DNA from: Lepidodermella squamata
Taxonomy: Eukaryota; Animalia; Gastrotricha
Direction: 5' to 3'
Length of the DNA: 64,000 nucleotides
Assembly: GCA_047495785.1 (NCBI GenBank)
Contig: JBLDXI010000033.1
Coordinates: forward strand, 2,790,001 to 2,854,000
Position 1 is the stretch's first letter, and every line of letters starts with the position of its first letter. Position numbers and translations under genes: made by a program. Shown here one piece after another: positions 1 to 13,223 of the stretch. The notes under the pieces were generated by a model. That model ran no database searches. It was not told where the DNA came from and saw only the letters and a program-made list of their open reading frames with translations.

Positions 1-180
1 GAAATAGCCATGCGGCCAAGTTACCTCACTTCAACCTCCACAGAACGACCGGGTTTTGACCAATCGATCGAGAACTGAACGGGGATTTATTTTGGTATAA
101 AGTTCAAAGCGAAACAAGTTACCGTAGATATAAGAGGTACAAAAACCATATTTCCGGCCAAGTTACCCCACACCACGGTA
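1..180. mobile_element. Right end of a probable Tc1/mariner-pogo type non-autonomous element (truncated by window edge)
   Basis: CGGCCAAGTTACC occurs twice (about 13-25 and 155-167). The segment ends ...GTTACCCCACACCACGG followed by TA, a pogo/Tigger-like terminus. The other end is not in the window. Confidence 0.35.
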
Positions 181-628
181 TAATAAAGTTGGCTGAAAAT
201 AATGAGGACAAAGAAGTCGATATTTAAACAAAATTAATGTTTTGAAACGGCTAACATCCCTCACTTGATTCCGATTTTTTCGACCATTCGCCACGGCCTT
301 TAATTCCAGTCTTGCCTGATATTTCGCGGTCGTCTAATAATCTGGTGAATACGGTAATTTCTGAATCATTCTGAAAAATATGATGCCTTTTGAAGAAAGA
401 GCAATCAAGTCGATTCGAGGAGTTACTTTCGTTCATGACCATTTGGTGATACTTCGGATAATGCATTGGGTGAAGCGAAAATTCGGTATCTAACTAGCAT
501 TCATACAATGAATTTTTTTCGGTAATGAATTGAATGGTTTTAATGCTGAAATAAGCATTTAGATAATGAATGCAGTGAAATTCATTAGCCCAAATTCCAT
601 TCTCAACTTTAAAATAGCGATTCTTAAC

Positions 629-3600
629 ATGAGTGATGATGAAGACTTCTCAATCAAACGAACCAGCAAAAAGCGAGTTCTTACCGTTGTGAACGACGAA
701 TCGGACGCCGAGGAATTTCCATCCGGCGGCGATAGCGAAGAGGTCAGTCTCATCGAGTATATGTGGCCACTTGTACATTATTATATTTTAAAAGGAATCG
801 GAAGTGAAACCTGCGAAGCGGAAATCAGTACCAAAGAAACCAGCGACCAAGGCAGTCGTTCAAACAGGGCCGCGAATAAATGCTATAAACAGCACGAACA
901 CTGGTCCACCTCGAAAATTTATCTTCGGCAACCGAGCTCCACGTCCAGTTCTGTTGAACAAACCTTTTACATGCAGTTCAGCGCCTACGGAGAACAAGGC
1001 TGCCGCACCGGCGTCTTCAACAGGCGATGGCTCCGAATCGAGCGCAACCGCTTCTTCAGGACATGTAAGAGGAAGGTAGCTCATTGAATATCGTCAACTG
1101 ATTCTTGCTTTGTTCTAGGAAAGTCTTATCAAAAAGGTTTTGAACAAACCGTTCAAAATCCCAACGATGAACGGTTCGTCTGTGTCTTCATCAAGTACCT
1201 CCTCGCTGCACCTTGGAATGCGCAGGCCCGGCCAGAAGCGCTCTCTTCACGACCCGTTTGAAGAAGACGCCCTGGTCTTGTATACACCGCCTGAAGTTTC
1301 TGCTGACGAGAAGATGAAATTGGCGCCCGATAAGATTGAAGTTCACGTTGTTGTAGACCCTGTCTTGTCGAAAATTCTCCGGCCTCATCAGCGCGAAGGT
1401 GTTCGTTTCATGTACGAATGTGTAACTGGCGTGAGGATACCTGGTTCTTTCGGTTGCATTTTGGCTGATGAAATGTAACACTGCCTTCTAATCTAAGACT
1501 GTAATATAAATAATCGTGAAATTTCAGGGGTCTTGGTAAAACGTTGCAAGTTGTTACTTTGCTTTGGACTCTTCTTCGACAATCACCCACCGGAGGCGCG
1601 ACAGTTGAACGTGCCTGTGTAGTTTGCCCAACAGCCCTTGTCAAAAACTGGGCAAACGAGTTCGATAAATGGCTCGGCGTGGGAAGGTGTGGAGCTTTAG
1701 TACTCGACGGTACTCTGTCTTCCGAAGACATCGATAAGCGAATAGTTTCATTTGGAGCGTATGTTTTAAAGCTGTTCTGCTTTGATTGACAGTCTTCACA
1801 TGTTTTTCCAGTCAAATGGGCTGCCGTCGTCCGACTCCGGTGCTCATCATATCTTACGATACATTCCGGCTTCACATGAATGTGATAAAAAATTCAGCTC
1901 GTCTCGGTATTATTGTGTGCGACGAAGGTCATCGTCTGAAAAACGCCGACAGTCAGACTTATCAAGCGTTGCTAGCCGTGGGTGTGCAACGGCGAGTTCT
2001 GCTTTCGGGAACTCCGATACAAAATGATTTGACCGAATACTTTAGCCTCGTGCATTTCGTCAACGAAGGCATGCTTGGCACGGCGGCCGAGTTTCGCAAA
2101 AAGTTCGAATTGCCGATTCTGCGCAGTCGAGAACGCGATGCAACGGACAATGATCGCAAAACTGGCGAGGAAAAGCTGACCGAGTTGCTGCAGACGGTCA
2201 ACAAGTGTCTGCTTCGACGAACACAAGCTCTTTTGACGCGATATCTGCCCGTGAAATACGAACTGGTAAGAGATTTGTTTGTAATTTTGAGCGTGTAAAT
2301 ATGGGAATAATGAATCACAGCTCGTATGCTGCCGCATGACCGATCTTCAAAAGGAGACCTATGTCAAGCTGGCAAATGAAGTCCGCCGGTCTATCGCCTC
2401 GACCATGTCTGTAGATGAGAATGTTCCGAAAGGCTGTGCGTTCGCGGCGATAACTTCCCTGAAAAAAGTCACTTGTCACCCGTTTCTCGCCGGAATCGAT
2501 AACGAATCGGAAGATGAAGGGGTTGGCGAAGACGATGAAAACGGCAAGAAGAAGAAAGCAGCTGCTAAAAAGAAACCAGCGAGTTCGTCCTCGGCTAAAC
2601 CCGACCTCGACGTAAAAACGATGAAAGTAGACCTGAGTGGAAAGCTTGCTGTTCTGGATCTGTTTCTTGCCATGGTGAAATCTCAAACAACTGACAAGGT
2701 CGTTCTTGTATCGAATTATACTCAAGTAATGGACATTCTCGAATCTCTTTGCAAAGTGCGTGGTTATGGTAAGTAAAAGCAACATTCCATTCGACAATTC
2801 ATACATTTTTCATGCTACAAGTTTACATTCGACTCGATGGCACGATGACAGCGAAAGCTAGGGGCAACGCTGTGGCCAAATTCAATGACGTTCCTGTGGC
2901 AAAAGCGAGACCTGGTGCTTCGGCTTCAGCAGCCGCTCAATCTGCGTTCATATTCATTTTGTCCAGCAAAGCCGGTGGTTGTGGTTTGAACCTGATTGGC
3001 GCCAACCGGCTCGTCATGTTTGATCCTGATTGGAACCCCGCGAACGACGACCAGGCCATGGCCCGAGTTTGGCGTGATGGTCAAAAAGTTTGACTTACCA
3101 GCTTTATTAACAGCTTATCAACTCAATTAAATAATATTGTAGAAAGAGTGCTTCGTCTATCGTTTTGTGGCGACTGGTTCTATCGAAGAAAAAATCGTTC
3201 AACGTCAAGCGCATAAACGCGCCCTCAAAACAGCTGTCGTCGATGCCGAAGCTTCTGAGCGACATTTTAGCGTAAGCCCATGCCTCGAGCGTATTATCCA
3301 TTATTTATTGAATTCATTTTCAGACGTCTGAACTTCGCGATTTGTTCGCATATGATGACAAAACTGTTTCGGATACGCATGACAAAATTCGCTGTAAACG
3401 CTGCGTAAATGGAAGCCAAGTAAGTTTCGACAATTGCGATCGCAAAACCTTTTCTCATTCTCAAACTACCATCAGGCTTTCCCGCCGAAATCTGACGCAG
3501 AAACTGACTTCGCAGCAGCTATGGGTGACCTCGCTTGCTGGCACCACGAACACCCGCCGCTACCTGGAGTTGACGTTAAGCTAGCCGGGCGGGGTTTGCC

Positions 3601-3697
3601 CGATCCGATTTTGCGACAAACATGGGCTAATCTGCCTGGTACCATCTCATTCGTGTTCCATCGCAAATCGCATGAGAAGCAGATAATTGTCAATTGA
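629..3697 (+). CDS. RAD54: DNA repair and recombination protein RAD54 (SNF2-family ATPase), multi-exon
   Basis: Spliced translation gives [96 protein letters not shown] and the C-terminal HDKIRCKRC. Introns are short GT-AG. ATG at 629, TGA at 3695-3697. Confidence 0.96.
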
Positions 3698-4904
3698 CAT
3701 ACCCCAGAAAATATGTGAATCGAACATAGTTTCGGAATATATTTGTTGGCGCTGATTTCTATTATAGATCATCTTCGATTTCGTGATACACATGTAACTT
3801 TCTTTATCCAGATTACTCGCTAGTGGTGCCAAGAAGAATGACCAAATAGCAAAAAATAAACACATGTTTCTAATCATATCTTTCAACGCCGTCTTTATTC
3901 CCTTCCTTTGCAGTTGCGATGTTTAATAGCCGATTATTAGTCATTTTTTATGATTTATCCTGCGCAACTACAACATCAAATGTTAGCCACGCAAGACACA
4001 TGCACAGATTAAAGATGAATTCCGATCAGATAGATGCGAAATTGCTGATCGATTATCGTAGTAAGAAAATCCAGATGTTTGCAGGACGTGACCACAAAGA
4101 GAAAGGAGTAGCAGATGACGCCAGCTAATATGCTTTTCTCAGCGCACATTCGAAGGTAGAAAAATAAAAAAGAACGAACGAAAAACAGCAACCGATGACA
4201 ATTATATTGGCCACGCATTCTTTAGTTTGCGGATAGATAGTAGATATTACGAATAAGAATAACGAAAAGAAGACAAATTTACGCACATTAGTTTGATGGA
4301 GATGGACTTTCCGATTATCTCGAACCATCAGCATTGGTTTCAGAAGAATCATTTATTATTATGACTACCATCGGTGAATAAGAGGAGAGCTTAAAAGCCC
4401 TATGCTTTTTCGTTTCCTTTAGCAAGATCGGCCTTAGTTTAGCGTTAAAACAGTCAACTAATAGTCAGATGTCGCCAGGCGAAATCATTACAATCAACTC
4501 AAAAATAAGACGTATCAATATAATTTTATTCGACTGAATAATATTATCAATCATCGCTCTTTATCAAAATGGCTTCGATTTCAAAAGTTACAATAGCATT
4601 AAGACTTCATCTCATGAATAAAATACCTCATCTGCTTATCCTGGTTGTATATATCAACTGTACAATTGGTATGACATATTGCATATGAGTGCGATTGGAA
4701 TACCTTGATCGAATAGCAAGACAAGCTCATCAACGCGCTTGGAAACACTTACACACAAAATTCACATAATGAAGAGAGGTGCTAACAGCGCTCTAGCTCT
4801 TGTGTTCCAAACGCACTTTACCCGGCGAGTGTTAATTACATTTAACAACAACAACCATGACACTAAGCAACGATCCATAAGCCTGGCTAATATCACGACC
4901 TTCA

Positions 4905-6707
4905 TTAACTGCCGTCGGCCGATATCGGAGCCGGTTGGTTGACAGGCGCCTCGTCATGATTGCCGTTGTTCAAAGATGGCGACGCCTGTTGGCCCTTCAA
5001 ACCCCCAGTAGCGATCTGTTGCTCACCGTTGTCGTTCTCATTTATTCGGATTTCCTGGTCTTTCGACAAGCAAGGCGACATTTCTGTAGCATCCATCGCC
5101 GAAGCATCAGCGCCATTAATCGCCCTTCTATCTGAGGTTTCCTCGCTGTGGCCATTTCCGGTAGATTCGCTAGGTCTGAGCAAACAGTTCGACTCAACAG
5201 GGGGAGGAGACGAATGTGTTTCTGACGCATCCTTCATCTCAACAACAACTTCGGCAGACGATGATGATGAGGCCGGCACAGAGCAGCCATTGACCACCGA
5301 TCCACTCCGAGCAGCCAGCACTTCTAGCAAAGGTCGCAGAGGAATCTGTCTTGACGGAATATCAGAATCGTCCACCACTCTGTCGTTTCCATTCGAATGA
5401 AAAATGTTAGCAGGTACATGGAGCTGAGTTGAAGATTCTAAATTAGAGATCGCTATCTGCGATGCTGTTTCTGCAGCTTCAGGAATCGGCTGAACTTCTT
5501 CCATTTTGCCATTATATCCTACAAATACAAGCTAAGAAGTTAGTAAAAAAATCAGGAATGGAAACATACCATTAGCATGAGAATCTAGGTTGTACATCTC
5601 CGTGGCTGCGGCGAGTTGCGGTGGATTTTGGTGGTCGGTAGAGGTCACATTGGAAGAGAATGACGATGAAGGTTGATTTAGCTGTTGATGCACATTCGCC
5701 TGATAATGATTTGAGACACTTGGCGATGTTCTAATATCGTTGATTTCATTTGCTATCAGAGGAGACGAGGCAGAAATTTTTTGTTCACAACCAGAAACGC
5801 TGCTTGTCATTGGATTGCTGACAGAACTTGGAGATATTGATGGGGCTGCTTCAAACGATCCAACACTGCTTAATGAGGGCCCAGCATTGAGGGCTCCTCC
5901 TCTAGAGCCCCGGGATGCTCGAGAACCTCGCGGCCGCCGCACTCCTAACAATGAGATTTAAATGAACTATCAAGTCGTAAGTTGTATCCGTCTCAACAAA
6001 CCTGTACCACGCTTGGCGATTTTGGGACTAGACGAGAAATCAGCTTCTTGCATCGAGGTACCGCCAGCTGGCAACGCGCGGCGCATTCCGGCTAATGGCT
6101 TCAGTTCGGCAGAGTCCGATCTCGAATTCCCCAGAAGGAAGGAGAATTGAGGATCATTAGCTGATACGCCAGCATTGACGCTAGGATATGATGAAGAAGG
6201 ACCAGCTTGGTCGTGCCCACCAGCAGCAGGAATAGGAGTCGGTACATCTACGATGGTAAACGATTCATTGCTTGCATCGAATTGTAAGGAGAGTATTCCA
6301 AGCTCCGCTAAAAGTTGGCTACGCTGCTGGGCAAGTTCACGCAAACGCAGACTGGCATCATGAGAAAGCCGAAGTTTAATTCTGATGCTATTCCATGGCA
6401 TCACATCATCAACAACAATCCTACCACCTAAAACACAATGTGTAAATACAGAAAATAATGACTGAGGATATCACAATACCAGAGTTTAGAATGAGTTGCA
6501 AAGTTCGCTTGAATTTGATAACCTTCAATTTCAGTAAAGGGTCATCGTAGTCGCCTTTACATGTCGCGGTTACAGGTACGATGCCTTTCAGAATCCGCGA
6601 ATACATTAAGCAATCTAGAAATACGGAAACGACAAAACCGTTAGTTACATAATATAAAGCTGACCAATCGCTTCTGAAGGGCGAATATAGATATATCCAT
6701 TAGGCAT
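4905..6707 (-). CDS. NCOA6: Short NCOA6-like protein (NCOA6 N-terminal domain plus low-complexity tail with LxxLL)
   Basis: Five exons from ATG 6707. The spliced sequence KGDYDDP...VMPWNSIRIKLRLSHDASLRLRELAQQRSQLLAELGILSLQFD matches the NCOA6 N-terminal signature (PWNSVRV...RLRILAQ...LRDLGILSVQ). LRPLL occurs in the last exon. Confidence 0.8.
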
Positions 6708-8253
6708 TATTGAGCAACTACAACTCCAAGGCAGCAAATGTGGTAAATATTCAAAGCTCCAATTTCAAGCTATCACACGCATAACGCGAGATTCGCGAAT
6801 TCAGTGAAATGAGTAAAAAGCGCCGATTATTTCCCCCGTTTTCCCCCTTCTTCCTTTCATCACGTATCGCGTTAAAGTTGCAAGGAAGAAAAATCGATGT
6901 AAATCTCATCGAGCGCAAGTGATCGAACTGCTGATAGGCTACAAAAAAATAACATCTCCCCAACAGTTTAATCGCAACACACTAGACAGGAATTATTCAC
7001 ATTATGATTTCACAAAAAAATCTAAATTTCAATTAAGGGGTGATGGGTAATTTTACCTACTATAAATGAAAGTTATAACAAAATGTTAGCACGCAGCATA
7101 TCATATGCTACGCAAATCTCGGCGAAGAAGAATGACTTGTTTAACGTTTACCCACTTGCTGTTAAGAGCGTTTAACGCCAAGATATGTGAGTTGTGAGTT
7201 GGTGGTTCGTACCAATACATATCCTATATCTGAAGGCCTTAAATATAACGAAACACGGGGGAAGCCGTTCACAGTTTATCATAAAACACAGAACAGTTGA
7301 GGAGAGAATCCACTCGATTAGCAGCAATTTTTATAGAAAGATCTCCTTTGAAATCAAAAATAAATAAACTAATTTTGCAAATTGCAACACTCTGAAGCTC
7401 TTCATTCACCACAGATTAGTCTCCTTAATCCACTTTTTGGAATATAAGATATAACCCGGAGCTGCGGTCGAAATCCAGAGCTAAAAATTGGTAAAGTCCT
7501 GAAAATACCCCTAGTAATACCAAAATTTCGGACAAAAAACTGTCCGGAAACTGAGTGAAAACTAAGCGAATACTGGCCGTTTTTTAGTGGGAAACTAACA
7601 GAACACTATCAGATCATCTGTTAGTAAACAATCAGTAAACTGTCTGAAAAAACAACGAAATCTGTCCGAAAACTGACAGATTAAAAAAATTCGGGACAAA
7701 AAAAATAATTAATGCGCCACGCCAGCAGCTGTTGCAAACAATGCAAAAGCTGCGTGGAAGTGGCGCATGATGATTCAATTTATCGTTTCATTTTTTTATG
7801 GTAAAATCTAAAAAAAAAACCGCAAGAATTAGTATAATTGTACATTCATATAAAAATAGTAAAAATGAAAGCAAAACAGATGAGAACGTCGGATGGCCAT
7901 TCGAAAGGGACATTTCAACGAAAGACAGCTAGTTAACAAATGTCATTTTTTACAAAATAGATGTTTTCTTTTTAAAATAATATTGATACATATAAATTGA
8001 GCGAGCAAAGGTATTTGTGAAGTTAATGCATCACTATTAATAAAAAATCCTAGCATTATTAGCCGAGTTTTCATCACGAGCATCACTTGAACATGATTTG
8101 GTAGATGAATGATATACAAGAAAGGCTTAGATGGCATGACTTTTCCGCTTATTATCACCGGTAAAAAAAGGTTATGAGAGAAGGCTAAAAGAAAAAGAAG
8201 AAGAACAAAGATGTACAAATGGCCACTAGTTAGTTCATGCTCAGGCTCGAGTT

Positions 8254-9857
8254 TCATTCACTTTCGAGCTGTTCGCCCTGCAGCTGTTCGCCCTGCGGCT
8301 GTTCGCCCTGCGGCTGCTCGCCCTGCGGTTGGCCCTGTGGCGCTGGATCTTGCTGCTGTTGCATCACATTCTTCAACTGATTTAAGGCGTTCACAGTATC
8401 GTCGTCAAGCGGCGGCATCAGCGGTAGCTTGGCAACAATTGCCGCCATCTCCGGATCGTCTAATGCGGGACGAAACTCCATAAAATCCGGGACATTATAC
8501 TCAGTATAATAGGCGTGTTGATAAGGGAATGGCGCCGGGCCGTGGAGTCTGGCATCATCAGGATTTGAGCGGCGAATCTTTCGTCGAATATCGTCGCCGT
8601 GGTCCGCTAAGACTTTGCGCAGCCTTTTCCACAAATCAGTCATCTGACCAGAGGTCAGATGACGAAACAACAACATTAAGAAAACTGAAAAGACAGAGAT
8701 ATACTAACTACTGACTGAATGTTGTGCTAACTTACGTTTCACGCCGTTGACGAGAGTTTGATCGGCGACTATTTTTGAAGCCGCTCGCCACCTTTTTGGC
8801 TCAACTAGATAAAGCGCGAGATAATCATCCTGTTGAACAAAAGCATTTCTGTTTTCAGTGATCATAAACAGGTAACAGATACACTAACAGGTAAGAATAT
8901 ATCTGCAACAAATTTTCCCACCTCAATGGGGTCATTTGATGTGCCAAATTTTGATTCTATACGAGCAGTCCAGTTTATGTTGTTTATGTACTTGAAAGAA
9001 AATCCAATTTTTAATCGATAATAGCATGAGATATATAAACATACAACATGCGGCTTTTCTGCACAAATTACAAAAGGTTCCGATATCTCAGCTTCCTTGA
9101 CGCCGTGCTTTTTCAAGTACATCAAAAACTGGAAAATTCACCATGTAATGAGTAATAAGCTAACTAATTTCGGCCGAATTACTCACCTTTTTCTGATTGC
9201 CAAAACCCTGGTCAAGTTGGACTTTGATTTGCTACAGAAAAAATATAACGCATTTCCAATCTCATATTCCAAATCTAAATTCACCTTAAGTGTCACTTGA
9301 CCAGACTCAGCACTAGACTGAGAAGAGGACGGGGCATCGGACTGAGAAGTGGACGGGGCATCGGACTGAGAAGTGGACGGGGCATCGAGCTGAGAAGTGG
9401 ACTGGGCGCCGGACAGGGCACGAGACGTAGTGCCACGCTGAAAGCTTGCTTGAGAGCCGGATGGAGCGGCGGACTGAGCGGCGGACTGAGCGGCGGACTG
9501 AGTAGTCTGTCGGACTGACTGTTGGCCGAAGCCCACAGCATTGCGCTGATTTGGTTTTTGCGAGTTTGGTTGGGACGTTGGTTGGGTTACGAAGCCAGAA
9601 GCGGCGGCCTGACTAACCGCTGCGGGCGGCTGTTCGGAATAACAGCTGTTTCCACCTCGGCCGGTCTGATTTGACGATCGCTGTGGGTTAGCACCCTGCA
9701 TATTGAGATGGGCCGAAGGTTGCCCATACGCCGCCAAAATAGCTTGGGCATTGGCTCCTTGAGCTCTCGCTTTTGAGGTTAAAGCAACTATCAAATTCGG
9801 GCACGCGCTCCGAATAACCAGGTTGGGATTTTGTTGACGAACAGGATTATTACTCAT
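8254..9857 (-). CDS. Transposon ORF3: multi-exon protein with S/Q-rich repeats and a BEN-domain-like C-terminal region
   Basis: ATG 9857, then short GT-AG introns. The spliced C-terminal part reads EVGKFVADIFLPDDYLALYLVEPKRWRAASKIVADQTLVNGVKLFLMLLFRHLTSGQMTDLWKRLRKVLADHGDDIRRK, a BEN-like pattern. Tandem repeats STSQSDAP, QSAA and QGEQP are present. Confidence 0.65.
8266..8335. repeat. 15-bp coding tandem repeat (GCTGTTCGCCCTGCG-like, about 5 copies; QGEQP)
   Basis: Directly visible tandem units within transposon ORF3. Confidence 0.85.
9315..9502. repeat. 24-bp (STSQSDAP) and 12-bp (QSAA) coding tandem repeats
   Basis: GACTGAGAAGTGGACGGGGCATCG occurs about 3-4 times and GAGCGGCGGACT 3 times. 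Confidence 0.85.
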
Positions 9858-9921
9858 TTAAAAATCTATAAAATATCATGTGATAATTAACAAGGCAGTA
9901 AAAACTTTCGTAGTAAAAAAT

Positions 9922-12697
9922 TTAATAAAGGTCAGCCCCAATTCCCCAAGGAATGGCGTCGCATATATAGTTGTCATTGCAGGGGCGACGTTGGATAACA
10001 ACTAGTTTTGATGAGATTTTTTCCAAATCAATCAAACAATAACCGGCATTATCTCTCAAATTAGAAATAGTGTAGGAGCGGAAGATGTTCCTAGCGAAAT
10101 CATCCGATAAAACGTTGCCGATGGCATTCGCAAGATGCGTCTTGGCTTCAGTTGCCAGCTCGGTAGAACCACACAGAGAGGAAAGTCGCTGCAAAATGAC
10201 ACCAGCATCAGGAAGACAGACATAGCGTCGAATTAATGCCTTATCAACAACCATGGGAGTCGCTGCATTTCTCACGAAACCGAGAATTTCTCCACACGCT
10301 GAAGTACCGTCATCCAGTTTGAACTCAACGGCGAACGACCGAGGTAACCGTCGCTTTGTGCCGAATTTCAACCATAGCCCATCAAAACGCTGAGATTTGT
10401 AGTAGGCAGTAGTAAAAATAGTATAACCGCCATTGACACAGACAGAGTTCAGGATAGCTTGCTGCTCCGAATCCGGGCGAGTCGCGTTGGAGAGCACAAC
10501 AGTAAGGCGCTTGCTGTAGTCCCTGTCACCTTTCAACTGACGTCGATGAAGGGCCACCAACATACGATGTATCTGGTGTTGCGTTCCTACGTACACGTGC
10601 TTCAACCATCCAATCAACCCTTCGTGAGGAAAAGCCGAAAAGCTGTCGATTCGCCCGAAACGCTCGGCTTGAGCCGGTAAATGTCCCACTGTATGCAAAT
10701 TGTAGGTCTCCGTTTTCACGCCACCGTACAGTATTGGGAAGAAACGGCGATATTCGTTCAGAAGAGACCGAGATTGTTGTATCGCCTTGAGTTTTTTGTC
10801 AGCATCTTCCTCATCGAATTCGATCAACAGGCGAAAAGCAAGAGACAGGCAAACGGTGAGTAGAAAGTATGTATCTGGCATGAATCGCGCAAGGACGGGG
10901 ACCCGGACGTAGCCAACCCAAAACTTCATATGTTTCCCTTTGAACTGGCTCGCCGCGGTCTCGCCAAATACTTTCAGCCTAACCGACTGCATCTGCCTGG
11001 GAACTTGTATTTCTCGAAGTATTCGGGCGATGTAATTACGAATTCGAATCGGTAAAATGTCGTCGTACTGAATAGAACTGCGCAACTCCTGCTTAGCTAC
11101 GCCTTCACAGATGCAATGGAGGTGGTCGACCGGTGCATCTCGAGGAAGCAACATGCGGCGTTTACAGAGCACACAGGAGCCTTTCATACCATGCACTACG
11201 ACTCCAGTTCTATCGATTTCAGGGCCGACTTTGTTTATTTCATCGGGTGGACGCAAATCAAACTCGGAATCCTCGACGAATCGATATCGACGGCTGCCAA
11301 AAAGATGATCTCCTTTGAGGAAGCAGAAAGGACAGCCATACTCGGCGTGAAAGCTGCGTATATTGAGACAGTCGCATTTTGCAGGCGCATCGGCAATGAG
11401 CGAGAAGAGCCATACAGTAAAGTCTACCTCTGCCCCCTTTTTCGTAACCAGTCTCTTCTTGACCTCAAAATTTGCGACTGTGTTCGAGAGACAAAGATCG
11501 AGGAATTGTTGGTACTTGGGACTGGTAGGTCCCTGCCAAATCCCCAGGAGGAGCATATTCTCCGGCTTGTACCTGAAACATAATTAACACACTAATCACC
11601 GTTTTCTTCTTCTATGTTTTTAAATACCTTGCATATTCAGGCAGATTCTTGATGGTTGCCAGCAAAGGCCACACGTTTGTTCCAGTTCCCGCTCGCTTTG
11701 ACAAGGTAGTACCATCAAAATTTATTTGTAGCTGAAGATCGAGATTGTGAACATCAGTGAGAGGTACAACGCCAGCGTCGATGAAGTCACTCAATATTAC
11801 CAATAGTTGCCAGGCTAACGAGGGCACGATGATCTCCCCCATACTAGCCGTTGATAATGTTGTTCCACATTGCCCGCATTTCTTTGCAGCATCAACTTGC
11901 ACAAAACATGACGGGCATAAACTTTGCAAAATTTGAGGAAGAACCACGTCACCCATGCCAGTCAGCATTTTTCTGTAAGATTTCAACGAGGACGGAATCG
12001 AGGCCAGCTTCGCAGCATCACCTTTGGCAAGCTCCCGAAAGCCCTTCGTTACAAGATCCAAGCCTGCCTGCGCAAGGCCATGATCAATTTCAAGCGCACG
12101 AAGAACCGACATGGGCGAATAGCTGTTGATCTTCGGGTCTGGATTGGGCTGTTTTACTATTTCAGCATGAACAAAACGATCCGCCGTGTCAGTGATGTTT
12201 GTTTTCGCGCCGGCTGGAACTGAAGTTCGTGGGGCTTCGTCGGCCTCATCGGCCTCGTCCATTTCGAAATCAGACTGGTTTACCTCCCAATCACTTGGGA
12301 ATGAGTCGCAAGATGACTGTGAAAGCACTTCGTACTCATCGTCCATCCCTGATTGACCAGGCAGGTCGATTTCATCTGATTCTTCCTCACTGATGGGCCA
12401 TTGTTCACCATGCGCCGTATAGGATGCTTCAGCAAACTCAGGAGCAGGCTCATACGACTCGGATGAGGTAGACGGCCTATCAGCAATTACCGAATGCGTG
12501 GTTTGAACGTTTGTTGGCCTCTCACCACATTCCAACGACCTAATTAACGTAGCTGAAGCTATTCTTCGTTGAGTAGCCGACAACCCAACGTCCGATTCGG
12601 ATTCTTCTTCTTCTTCTTCTTCTTCTTCTTCTTCTTCAGCTCCGCCGAGCTGTTGGAGTAACAAATCGATCTCTTTTCGAGCCTCTTTTGGCGGCAT
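9922..12697 (-). CDS. Transposon ORF2: EnSpm/CACTA-type DDE transposase (intron 11573-11627)
   Basis: Motifs LQINFDG, WPLLATI, LLLGIWQG, IADAPAK...GCPFC, DHLHCICEGV and YNLHTVGHL...FG....SAFPHE are the CMC transposase signature. No stop or frameshift is seen. The ATG at 12697 is inferred; the frame is open from the acceptor at 12741. Confidence 0.9.
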
Positions 12698-12805
12698 AAG
12701 CAAACGCACAGGGTACAGTTGAACAATGAAAAGTAATTTCCTAAAACATATTAAGTAATCAATAAGACAAATGGTTCAATGTATCGTTCGTGGCAAGAAA
12801 TCATA

Positions 12806-13223
12806 TCAATCCTTTATATGTCCCTTTGCGGATTTTTTGGATTTTTCCTTAGGTTTCTTAGGTTTTGGCGGGAATGCTAGCGGATGTCGCTTAGTTTCAT
12901 GCTTCTCAAGCTCATACTTGGACTTGAAACTCATATCGCATACAGGGCACACAAAACTACTATTATGTTCTTTTCGCTCATGTGCCTGCACCGTCAACCA
13001 TTCGTCGGAGTAAAAATCGCATGACTGACATGAGAAACAGTCTGCGGGTATCAACCGCCCCTTAGCCGGAACTTTGCTAGAATAAACGTAAGACTACTCT
13101 CAATCTTATAGACATTTGAAAATAGTTTGCTAACCGTTTTTTAATGGGTGGCTGAGGAGCCTCGGAGCTTGAACTGCTTGAGGTCACATCTTCAGCGTCA
13201 GAGTCAGACGACTTTGAGCTCAT
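12806..13223 (-). CDS. Transposon ORF1: about 120-aa protein with two C2H2 zinc fingers and basic NLS-like stretches
   Basis: Exons 13223-13135 and 13076-12806 (58-nt GT-AG intron) give PIKKRKVP...CQSC...HERKEH...CPVC...HETKRH...PKPKKPKEKSKK. Confidence 0.75.

Noticed and set aside
12741-12812. Non-canonical GA-AG intron fusing transposon ORF1 to the transposase
   Set aside because: All other introns checked are GT-AG and this join would be out of frame; separate cistrons or exon skipping fit better.
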